DNA of 64,000 nt from positions 82,400,001-82,464,000 of the forward strand of contig NC_087437.1 of assembly GCF_036321535.1 (NCBI RefSeq), given 5' to 3'. Origin of the DNA: Camelus dromedarius. Its lineage: Eukaryota. A model generated the notes under the pieces. That model made no database searches and was not told the origin of the DNA. It was given only the letters and a program-made list of their open reading frames with translations. The position numbers were made by a program, and so were the translations under genes. Below, piece by piece: positions 52,430 through 64,000 of the stretch; positions within the stretch are counted from its first letter, which is position 1; each line of letters opens with the position of its first letter.

Positions 52430-55400
52430 TTTGTTTTTTCCCATTTTTATTGAGATATAATTGACATACAGTACTGTATAAGTTTAGAGTGTACAGCATA
52501 GTGATTTGAATTAGATACATTATGAAATGATTACCAGAGTAAGTTTAGTGAACATCTATCATCTCATATGGATAAAAAATTAATGTAAAAATTTTTTTTC
52601 TTTGTGATGAGAACTCTTAGAATTTACTCTTAACAACTTTCATGTGTAACATAAACAATGTTAATTATATTTCTTATGTTGTACATTACATCCTTAGTAC
52701 TTATTTGTTTTATAAGTGGAAATTTGTACCTTTTGATTACCTTCATCCAATTCCACCTCCCTCCACTCCCCACCTCTGGTAACCACAAATCTGATCTCTT
52801 TCTATGAGTTTGTTTCTTTGTAAGTATTATTGACCTACAACACTGTGTTAGTTCCTGTTATACAACACAGTGATTTGATATTTCTATTCATTTCAAAATG
52901 ATCACCATTATAAGTTTAGTTACCATCTGTCACCATACAAAGATATTACATAGTTATTGACTATATTTCCTACACTGTACATTTTATACCTATGACTCAT
53001 TTATTTTGTAACTAAAAGTTTGTACCTCTTAATCTCCCTCATTTACTTCTCTCCTCCCCCCACGCCCTCCCCACTGGCAACCATCTGTCTGTGTTTCTAT
53101 GACTCTGTTTATTTATATATGCTCATTTGTTTTTTATATTCCACATGTAAGTGAAGTCATACAATATTTGTCTTTGATGTATTTCACTTAACATAATATT
53201 CTCTAGGTGGTCCATTTGTTTTATGTATATATAAACATCTTTATCCATTCATCTATTGATGAGTGCTTGGGTTGCTTCCATATCTTGGCTATTGTAAATA
53301 ATGCTGTAATGAACATAGGGGTGTATGTATCTTCTTGAATTAGTGTTTTTGTTTTCTTCAAATAAATACCCAGAATTGGAATTACTGGATCATATAGCAG
53401 TTCTATTTTTTTAATTTTTGAGGAATTTCCATACTGTTTTGCAGTATGGCTGCATCACTTTATATTCGTACCAACAGTGTCTGAGGATTCCCTTTTATCT
53501 ATATACACATCACCCCTTATCATTTCTTATCTTTTTGATGATAGCCGTTCCAACACATGTGAGATGATACCTCACTGTGACTTTATTTGCATTCCCCTGA
53601 TGATTAGTAATTAGAAAGCATCTTTGTATGTGTTTGCCATTGGGCATCTGTATGTCTTGTTTGGAAATATGTCTATTCAGATCCTCTTCTCATTTTTAAA
53701 TTGGGTTGTTTGTTTTCTTGTTGGTGAGTTGTATGAGCTCTTTGTATATTTTGGATTTTAATCCATTATTGGATATATCATTTGCACATAATTTTCTCCC
53801 ATTCAGTAGGTAGTCTTTTCATTTTGTTGGCTTCCTTTGCTGTGCCAACTGTTTAATTAATATTAAATATTAAATATTAATATAAAAAAACTGTTTAATT
53901 CAGTGTAGTCCCATTTGTTTCTTTTTGCTTTTGTTTCCCTTGCTGAAGAGGCATATCCAAAAAAAATATTATGAAGACAGATGTTAAAGTGTATACTGAC
54001 TATATTTTCTTCTAGAAGTTTTAAGGTTTCAGGTCTTACATTCAAATCTTTAACTCATTTTGAGTTTATTTTTGTATATGATGTGAGAAAGTAGATTGAT
54101 TTTTTTTTGCATGTAGCTGTCCAGTTTTCCCAACATCATTTATTGAAGAGTCTGTATTTACTGGATTGTATGTTCTTTCCTCCTTTGTCGTAGATTAATT
54201 GACCATGTAAGTGTGGGTTCATTGCTAAGCACTATATTCTGTTCCATTGATCTTTGTGTCTGTTTTTAGGCCAGTCCCACATTGTTTTGATTATTGTAGC
54301 TTCATGGTATAGTTTCAGATCAGGGAGTTTTGTTTTTCTTTCTTAAGACTATTTTGGCTATTTGATGTCTTTTGGGTTTTCATAAATATTTTAGGATTAT
54401 TTTATCTACTTCTGTGAAAAATGCTGTTGATATTTTGGTAAGGACTGCAGTGAATTTGTAGATTGCCTTGTGTAGTGCAGTCACCTTAACAATATTCATT
54501 CTTCTAATCCTTGAACATGGCATATCTTTCCATCTGTTTGTGCAGTCTTCAATTTCTTTCATCAGTGTTTTACAGTTTTCTGAGTACAGGTCTTTTACCT
54601 CCTTAGTTAGATGTAGTCATAGTTATTTTATTATTTTTGACGTGATGGTAAATGGTGTTGTTTTCCTAATTTCTCTTTGTGATACTTCATTGTTAGTGTA
54701 TAGAAATGCAACAGATTTCTGTATATTAATTTTGCATCCTGCAACTTTACCAAATTCATTTAAGAATTCTAGCACTTTTTTGGTGGTGTCTTGAGGTTTT
54801 TTTTTTTTTTTTTTTTTTTGTAATATAATGTTATCTACAAACAGTAACAGTTTTACTTCTTCCTTTCCAATTTGTATTCCTTTTATTTCTTTTTCTTATC
54901 TGATTGCTTTGGTTAGGACTTCCAAAACTATGTTGAATAGAAGTGACAGGAGGTAGTATCCTTGTCTAGTTCCTGATTGTAGAGGAAATGCTTCCAGCTT
55001 TTCACCATTGAGTATGATGTTAGCTGTGGGCTTGTCTTATATGACTTTTATTATGCTGAGGTATGTTCCTGCTATACTCACTTTGTGAAGTGATTATATT
55101 ATAAATGGATGTTGAATTTTTCAAAAGCTTTAACATTTCTAGTAAAGCTGCTTTAGTGGTGCTTAACTCTTGTAGCTCTTGTTTGTCTGTAAAACTTTAG
55201 GTTTCTCCTTCAAATCTGAGTGATAACCTTGCTGGATAGAGTATTCTTGGTTGTAGGTTTTTCCCTTTCATCACTTTAAATATACTGTACCACTACTTTC
55301 TTGCTTGCACAGTTTCTGCTGTAAAGTCAGCTGAGTCTTATGGGAAGGTTCTCTTGTACATAACTTGTTGCATTCCCCTTGCAGCTTCTAATATTCTCTT

Positions 55401-57370
55401 TCTTTATTTTTTTCCAATTTTATTTACAGTGTGTCTTATGGTCTTCTTCGAGTTGATCCTGTTTGGGACTCTCTGTGTTTCCTGGACCTGGATGTCTGTT
55501 TCCTTTCCCAAGTTGGGGAAGTTTTCAGCTACTATGTCTTCAAATAAATTCTCTGCCCCTTTTATTTCTCTCTTCTCCTTTGAGCCCTTTAAGTGTGAAT
55601 GTTGGTACACTTGATGTTGTCCCAGAGGTCTCTTAAATGTACCTCATTTAAAAAATTTTTTCTTTTTTTCTGTTCAGCTTAGGTGAACTACTCTGTCTTC
55701 CAGTACACTGATCTGTTCCTTTGTATCACCTTATCTATTGTTGATTACTTCTTATAAATTTTTTATTTCAGTTATTACAATTTTCAGCACTCTTTGATTC
55801 TTTATATTTTCTAAGTCTTCACAGAGTCACTGTGTTCATCCATTCTTCCCCTTAGTTATTTGAGCATCTTTATGATCCATACTTTGGACTCTTTATTAGG
55901 TAGATTGATTATCTCCACTTAACTTAGTCCTTCTGGGGTTTTATCTTGTCCCATCATTTGGAACATACTCCTATGTTGCCTCACTTTGCCCTATTCACTT
56001 TTGTTTCTATGTATAGGTAGACTGGTTACATTTCCTGATCTTGGAGATATGGCCACATATAGGAGACAGCCTATGGGGCCCAGCAGTGCACTTCCCTTTG
56101 GTCACCAGAGTTATATGCTCTCTGGTTGCCCTCTATGTGGGCTGCATGGGTCCTTCTGTTGTAGTGAGCTGACTTTGTGTGTGCTTTGGTAGGAGTGGCT
56201 GGACCCTGATTCAGCTGGTGGATGGGACCAGGTCCTGGCATGTCTGGCTGTATGACCAGAGGAATCCCATTCCTGGTGCAGGGCCACTGGTAGACAGGGC
56301 CATGTCCTGAGTCGGCTGGATATAGAGCCCTGGGTAGTCTCAGGGCTAATGCTGACCCTCTGGTGGGCAAAGCACAATCCCATGGTGCAGGTTGTGGGGC
56401 CTGGAGTTCTGGAGTTAGTGTTGGCCTGCTGGTTAGTGGGGCCATGATGTAAGAGCATCCTCAGGCTGATGTCAACCTGCTGGCTGGTGGGACTGGTTCC
56501 TGGCATGGCTTGCTGTGGGATTTGGGGCACCCCAAAGCTGGTGCCATCCCACTGGTGTATGGAGCCAGATACTGGTCCATCTGGTGGGTAGGGTCAGGTC
56601 TTGGGGTGACAGGGTGCTCAAAGAGTCCTGTGGCAGCCACCTGCAGGTGAGTGTGGCTGTGTCCTCACCCAGGTGACTGCTTAGGCCTCCCCCAAGGTAC
56701 TGACTGATTGGTGAGTGGGGCTGGGTCCTAGTGCTTATTTACTAGAAGTGAGTATTACAGAGTGGCACTTGTAAGCATCAGCGTCCTTGTGGTAAGATGA
56801 GCTCCCCAAAATGGCTGTTGCCAGCGTTTATGTTCCCTGTGTGAGTCCCAGTTTCCTTCTGCCTCTAAGAGAGGCTCTGAAAGATCAGCAAGTATGTCTG
56901 AGCCAGGCTCCTTTTGAATTACTGCTTCTGCCCTGGGTCTCAGAGTATGTGAGAGTTTGTGTGGGTCCTTTAAGAGTGGAATCTGCATTTCCCACAGCCC
57001 TCTGGAAAAGTAAGTCCCACTGGCATTCAAATCCAAACTTTCTGGGGCTTCATCTTCTTGGTGCAGGTCCTCCAGACTGGAGAGCCCGATGTGGGGACTC
57101 AGAGCCCTCACTCCTAGGGAAGCATCTCTAAATGGTAATTCTCCTGTTTGTGGGTTGCCTACCTGGGAGTATGGGTCTTGACTATACCATGTCTCTGCCC
57201 TGCCTACTCATCTCATTGTGGTTCCTTTTTTATATCTTCAGTTGTAGAAGATCTCTTCTGCTAGTCTTCTGCTAGGTTGTTCTCATTGATAGTTGCTCTA
57301 TAAATAGCTGTAATTTTGGTGTGCCCATGGGAAGAGGTGAACCCAGATATCTTCCTACTCCGCCATCTCT
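52430..57370 (-). mobile_element. LINE-1 with both ends and a large internal deletion at about 55130
   Basis: ORF2 (NVRPETLKLLEEN, WKDMPCSRI), ORF1 (ENLFEDIVAENFPNLGKETDIQVQE), 5' UTR ending ctactccgccatctc. Confidence 0.9.
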
Positions 57371-58666
57371 GTTACTTTCTTAAGATAAACTCCTAGAAAT
57401 GGGATTACTGGATCAAAGAGGAAACATTTTTAGAGTGTTTGGCACATATTGAGAAATTGTCCTCCAGAGAATTTATATTTATTTATGCTTTCAACAACAG
57501 TGTACAAGAGTACCTATTTCTTCATACACTATTATTACTAAATGTCATCAACATTCAACATTTTATTCCTTTTCAAACTGGTGAGTGGAAAGTAATAGTA
57601 CATTGCATTAGGATAAAAGTTTCTATTTTAATTCTAAAATTATATTACTTATTCTTTATTTGATAACTGGTTATTTTTCTTAGTAATTAAATTCTGCAGC
57701 TCATTCTTGACGTTGGGGGCATTTCTAGACCTACACATATTTTAAATATAGAACAGTTACTTTTTCTAGTTCCTCAGTTTCTTTTGAATTCAAAATATCC
57801 AATAGACTCTCTTTGTAGAGAAGGTGTATGGTTATTTAGGCTGCTTGCTTTGTCCATTGGGAGAAAAAAGATTAGATAGCATAATAGTAGTTTCATATTT
57901 TATTTATATTTTATTATTTATTGAAAGTTCTATGTTCCAGGGGCTGAATTAAACTTTTCACTTGAATCAGCTAAGTTTTCCTTACACAATCTTACACAGT
58001 GTTAGTAATGTATCTCCATTATAAAAGGTGTCATGACTCTAAGTGATAAAACCATTTGAGTCCAGGTTTGCATGGGATCTGGAGTTTAAATTAATAATCA
58101 CTACAATGTGCTACTTTTTCTTAGGTGGTCTCGTGCTAATGATATGAATTGATTCTCTCTTGTTAATGGCAGAATGAGATAATTAATGTCATTACATGGT
58201 ACATCTGGTAGCAGCATTTTATTTCCTCACTGGAAAGTTAAAGAATGGGAGAGGAGGGGATTGTCTGCTGTTTTTTTTGCTTCCTTCAGTTCCCTTTTCT
58301 TGCTGCCAGATTTCTGTTGAACCCAGTTATGGAGGGCACAATAGTTTGTGTGAGAGCGGATACTCTTCTTTTCCCATGGGCACTCATCCATCCCTGCTCT
58401 CTTTCTCTTCATCTCGTCTCAGGGTAACATGCAGTCTGCCAGGCCTAACTCATTACTCGCTCTGGGGCCTGAATATTCTCCAGAAGTCAGAGCATTGGCC
58501 TTGGTGGTTATGTGGTCCTTGGTCTCTACCCTCTGGGATCTGAGGGTGAGAAGCCCTGTCATAATGGGAAGCATTAATCCTACTGCCTCTTAAACTATCA
58601 GTCCTGCTATATTAGACCACAAGCCCGGTTTTCTCCTCGTTCTGTCGGAAGCAGTAGCACACGAAC

Positions 58667-58711
58667 CAGGCTGTGGCATGGGCTTCTTCTGACAGTGTAT
58701 ACACTCAGAGC
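58667..58711 (-). CDS. Candidate exon B of unidentified gene
   Basis: Acceptor atatcctcatttcacag, weak donor CTG|gttcgt; 45 nt, phase 1 to 1: SECIHCQKKPMPQP. Confidence 0.35.
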
Positions 58712-58954
58712 CTGTGAAATGAGGATATAACTCTCCACAAATATCTCCAAATATTTCTTACTATTTATTCGCCCTTTTTTTGTTTTCCTTTGTGGTATTA
58801 AGTTTTCCATTATGCAAGTCTGGATCTCTAGCTATCCTTACAGAAAAATGTACATTTCCCCTCATATTTTCCCATCTTCAGGCCTAGCACAAAATGGGGA
58901 TTCTGTATAGCCAGAATTATATTGATATACACAAACAGGAGAGATTTTACTCTT

Positions 58955-59950
58955 TTTCTCATTTAACAAACATTCAGTGAGAACTGAGTGTGTTACAGGT
59001 ACAACTCAAGGCATAGAGGAGTGAACCAGACTAGATCCCCCACTTCATGGGATGACATTGGGGTAAGGAGGCAGAAACAGACAAATAACCAAATACATTA
59101 ACTTAGTTATGCATGCTATGAAATAAATAGAAATAAAATGTTGTAATAGAAAGTGCTGGGCTAGGATGGGGGGAAACGACTAGTTACAAGTGAATGTCAG
59201 TTGGGGAGGTGCCATTTGAGCTGAGACTGAGTCTTGAAGGGGCCAGATATGCAGAGATCTAGAAGCAAAGCCCCCAAGGAGGGAAAGATTTTGGCCCATT
59301 CTAGTAGGGTAATGTGCTACAAGCATAGACAGTGAGGGGGTAAAAGAGGGAGAAGTCATAGATAAGGGCAGTGTCAGACCATTTGAGACCTAATGGGTCA
59401 TTTAGATTTTATTCAAAATTCAATAGGAATCTACTGAAGAGTTTGATGTGAGAGTTTGAAAAAAAATCTGTTTCATGTTTTTAAAGCTAGTTTTACTCTA
59501 GTTTTGGTTTGGATTATAGAGGAGCATGAGTAGAAGAGAAACAACCAGCTAGGAGATTTTAGCAGTCATGAAAGTTGGAATAACATTGACTTAGATCAGG
59601 CTGAACAAGTATAAATAAAAAGAAGTAAACAGAAATGGAATATATTTTTCAGTTATAGCCAAAAGTATTTGTTGATGGATTTAGGTGGTTTTAGTGATGG
59701 TAGTGGGGTGAAGGAAATAGAAGAATCAAGAATGACTCTAGGTTTTTCACCTGAGCAGTTGGCTACAGGGATGCCATTTACTGAGATGAAGAAGATTCAG
59801 AAAAGAAGAATTGTCAGGGAGTGGAAGTTAAGGCCTCTCTTAAGCAGAATTATAAAATTGATATGCCTATAAGATATCCAAGTAAGAATGTCAATCATGT
59901 AGTTGGGCTAAGTGAGATTTAGTGAAGATTAGATTATAGGAATCATTTTT
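58955..59950 (-). mobile_element. L2 fragment
   Basis: cattt aacaaacattcagtgagaac...ggaggtgccatttgagctgagac...gatgccatttactgagatg. Confidence 0.75.
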
Positions 59951-60070
59951 AATTAATTGAATTTTAAATGAAGAGGACTTCAAATGAAAATATGTATAGT
60001 TTTGTATGTGGAAAAAATCTTAGTCTAACATCTTTTTTCTGTCGGCGATGCCATTTTTCTCATTACCCAA

Positions 60071-60180
60071 TGTCTTAGTCTATTCAGGCTGCTATAACAA
60101 AATGCCACAGACTGGGTAGATTACAAACAACAGAAATTTATTTCTCACAGTTCTGAAGGCTGGGAAATCCAAGACCAAGG
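60071..60180 (-). mobile_element. MaLR LTR fragment (MLT1A/MST-like)
   Basis: tgtcttagtctattcaggctgctataacaaaatgccacagactgggt...ctcacagttctgaaggctgggaaatccaaga. Confidence 0.8.
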
Positions 60181-61349
60181 AGATTATATACTTAAAATAC
60201 TTAAAGAACAACAGCAAAAAAATAGAACCTTGGTGGGGATTGAATGAAAGAGCATGGGCCTTGGAGACAGTAAGTTCATGGGGATTTTGTGAGTTTTCAC
60301 TAAGAAAATGTGTATAAAAATTATTTATAAGTTATAAAGTACCACCTAAATCATTCTTAGCATCAGAAATTTATGAAATGAAACACTTGAGTGTCGATAT
60401 TTCAAATGTTAATGTCTTGACTGTCTCAGCCACATGGGCCATTTTCTTTGTAGTCTGAAATCCTTTCATTTCTAATCAGAATGTTTAGAATTAAAGAGCT
60501 AAAGTTTATCATTTTGAATTAATGTTTTGTGCTATCCCTTTGGATTGTTTTGTTCACCTTTTTGGAATTGGAGAAAATGATGTACAGGTATGAATTAGTG
60601 ACAAGCATGCTCAGTCTACTCTGAAGTATACATCCTCAGTCTCTTTTTCTGAATCAATCCACCAAATATTCTCAACCAGCTTTTGAATAAACCTGACATG
60701 CTGTGCCCCTTGAATCATGACAGTTCACATATCCGCTAAGCTTCTTTGAAGTTTTCAGCAGAAACCAGAGAAAGCCAAAAAAGAAAAAAAAAAAATCATG
60801 TTTCATACTTGGTTGTTTATTCCCAAGAAATGAAGAATTTTGATAACATATATAATGCTGCCTTGGGTTTATGCTGACAATTTATGCTGAGTGAAAGAAA
60901 AATACACTTCATCTGTGTGAAGAATGTACACTGGTATGTGGGCAATGTGCAACCAGACAGAGCTTGACAGTGTGGGTCACATGAGCCAGTGTCTTGCAGG
61001 AAACCCCAACAGCATCTACTGCTCTGAGGATATTTCACTTTTACTCTGCTGCTTTTGGGCTAAACAGTCTCTTAAAAGTTAATGGTCTTCTTCTGATCTG
61101 GCAGAGAAATTGCTGGTTTTATAAAGAATAATTTAAAAAATTCATTATGATATACACCAACAGAAGTAATGTCAGATTTTCAGTTGTGTGCCTAAGGGAC
61201 AAAGAGAGCTTTCAACAAAATGAAATCATAAGTACAAATAAACCATGATTTTTAATTTATAGATTTTCTGAGAGTGTGTTAAGTTTAAAACATTTCACAT
61301 ATGTTTTGGTGAGAGGATGTTTCTTTCTGTGGTCTCCTGCCTGTCTTAC

Positions 61350-61390
61350 CTTCCACTACAGAGGCAGGAGTCAACTTTGCTATCACTGAA
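61350..61390 (-). CDS. Candidate exon A of unidentified gene
   Basis: Acceptor aactctcctcttcag, donor AAG|gtaaga; 41 nt, phase 2 to 1: SVIAKLTPASVVE. Confidence 0.4.
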
Positions 61391-61559
61391 CTGAAGAGGA
61401 GAGTTAAGTTCATCAGCATTGGTTTTAACTGACTCTAGCTGTGAGAATTATTCTCCACTTCTATCACAAATGTTCTCTTTTAGCCATGGATCAAAGAGGG
61501 CCTACGAGAGACCAAATAGAATTAGCAAGTTTCCTGCAATTATTCTGGATTCCTTTTGG

Positions 61560-62025
61560 AAATAAAGAGGAAAACTTTATTTTTGTGGAAGTGCTCCATT
61601 TACTAACCAAAGAAGGAATAACAGAGTTTTTATATCACCATTTTGCAACCTCTAGCAAATTAACAGATCTAGATAATGATCACCAATGACTAGTAATATC
61701 ATAAAAAAAAAAAAACCTTTACATTGCAATACCTTTGAGATGTTTTGCCAAAAAAATTCAATTTGAATGTACTCATGCTTCTACAACTAAATATTAGACA
61801 AAAAATATATGGAGTAGAGGGACATGTTAAATTATACTGTGGGGATGCAATTAACTGAATCTAAACTGCAAAAACTGTACAGAAAAAAAAAATCTTTTCA
61901 AAAAATAAACTGAAAAAAAATTGTGAATTTATAGATCTAAAGAAGCTTATATTGTGACATTTAGACCTAATTTAGATTCTGATTTAAGCAAAAAAATAGT
62001 AAATGGGGAAATTTGAATACTGTCT
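61560..62025 (+). mobile_element. Ancient L1MC/ME-like 3' fragment
   Basis: atatcaccattttgcaacctcta...catgttaaattatactgtggggatgcaat...atggggaaatttgaatactg. Confidence 0.55.
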
Positions 62026-62029
62026 AGAG

Positions 62030-64000
62030 TGTTTTTTTAATAATTGAAGTATTCTTGATGTACAACATATTCGTTTCAGGTGTACAACATAGTGATGAAA
62101 TATTTTTATAGATTATAATCCATGTAAAATTATTATAAAATATTGGCTATATTCTCTGTGCTGTACAACATATCCTTGTAGCTTATTTATTTTATACATA
62201 TTAGTTTGTACCTCTTAATCCCCTACCCTTACCATGCCCATGCCCCTTTCCTCCCTCCTGCTCCCCACTGGTAATCACTAGTTTGTTCTCTAATATCTAT
62301 GAATCTGTTTCTCTTTTGTTCTATTCAATAGTTTGCTGTATTTTTAGATACCATATATAAGTGGTATCATACAGTATTTGTCTTTCTCTGTCTGACTTAT
62401 TTCACTAAGCATAATATCCTCCAGGTCCATCCATATTGTGTGAATGACAAAATTTCAATCTTTTTTAAGACTAATATTCCATTGTATATACCATATCTTC
62501 TTTATCCATTCATTGTTGATTGATACTTAGGTTGCTTCCATATCTTGGCTATCATAAATAATAATGCTGTGAACATTGGGGTGCATGTATCTTTTCAAAT
62601 TAATGTGTTTTTTTTTAGTTATATATCCAGGAGTTGAATTGTTGAATTATATAGTGGTTCTATTTTTAGCTTTCTGAGGAACCTCCATACTCTTTTCCTT
62701 AGTGGCAGCCCCAATTTACATTCCTACCAGCAGTGTACTAGGATTCCTTTTGTTCTACGTCCTCACCATACTTGTAATTTGTAGACTTTATGATGATAGG
62801 CATCCAGAAAGCTGTGAGGTGACATCTCATTGTGGTTCTGATTTACATTTCTGTGATGATTAGTGATGTTGAGCATGTTTTCATGTGTCCATTGGCCATA
62901 TGTATCTTTTCTTTGGAAACATATCTGTTCAGGTCTTCTACCTTTTTTTTTTTTTTTTGTCAGGTTGTTTGTTTTTCAATATTGAGTTGTAAGCTGTTTA
63001 TATATTTTAGATATTTACTCCTTATCAGTCATCATTTGTGAATATTTTCTCCCATTCAGTATGTTGTCTTTTTGTTTTGTTGATGGTTTCCTTTGCTGTA
63101 CAAAAGCTTTTAAGTTTAACTAGATTACATTTGTTTATTTTTGCTTTTTTTTTCTTTGCCTTAGAAGACAGATGGTAAAACATACTATTACAATTTATGT
63201 CAAAGAATGTTCTGCCTATGTTTTCTTCTAGGTGTTTTATGGTTTCTGGCCTTACATTTAAGTCTTTAATCCATTTTGAGTTATTTTTATATATGGTGTG
63301 ATAAAATATTCTAATCTCATTCTTCTATATGTAATTATCCACTTTTCATAGTACCAGTTACTGAAGAGACTGTCCTTTTCATTGTATATTCTTGCCTCAT
63401 TTGTCATATATTAATTGACCATGAGTGTGTTGGTCTATTCCTAGGCTCTCTAGTCTGTTCCATTGATCTATGTGTCTGTTTTCATGACAGTATCATGCTG
63501 TTTTGATTACTGTAGCTTTGTAGTATAGTCTGAAGTCAGGGCATATGATACCTCCATCTTTGTTCTTTTTTCTCAAGATTGCTTTGGCAATTTATGGACT
63601 TTTGAGTTTCCATATAAATTTTAGGATTATCTCTTATAGCTTGGTGAAAAATGTCCTTGATATTTGATAAGGATTACATTAACTCTGTAGATTGCTTTGG
63701 ATAGTATGGACATTTAAACAACATTAATTCTTCCAATCTGTGAACATAAGGTATATCTTTACATTTATTTATATCATCTTCAATTTACTTCATCGGTATT
63801 TTATAGTTTTTAGATTAGCTTAAGTTTATTCCTAGGTATAAACAAAAGTGTGCTTGCTTTTTCTATCTGATAGTTTATTATTAGTGTATTAAAAAGCTAT
63901 AAATTTCTGTATATTACTCTTATATCCTGCAAGTTTGCTGAATTCATTTATTAGTTCTCATAGTTTTCTGGTGGAGACTTAAGGGTTTTCTATATATAGT
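62030..64000 (-). mobile_element. LINE-1 3' portion running off the window end
   Basis: Colinear with 930-2900. Confidence 0.9.

Noticed and set aside
60827..60934. Plus-strand exon candidate (cccaag| ... ctg|gtatgt)
   Set aside because: Stops in all three frames and no other support.

Overview
Mammalian, repeat-dense window, probably camelid (a tRNA-derived SINE resembling Vic-1 sits at 52245-52363). Much of it is LINE-1, nearly all on the minus strand and often nested, plus MaLR LTRs, L2 and MIR relics. Three things stand out. (1) A CCT8 processed pseudogene (10931-13180) lies antisense inside an L1 and was later rearranged by three inverted templated segments, one forming a ~645-bp near-perfect inverted repeat. 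(2) A chain of phase-compatible minus-strand exon candidates (61350-61390, 58667-58711, 51177-51292, 35357-35502, 34403-34460) spells the C-terminus of a protein I do not recognise. (3) A CpG-rich ~620-bp insert of unknown source interrupts an old L1 at 43100-43725. I cannot support a wholly new biological system; the inverted repeat and the exon chain are the best leads. Repeat boundaries and subfamily names are by eye and approximate.
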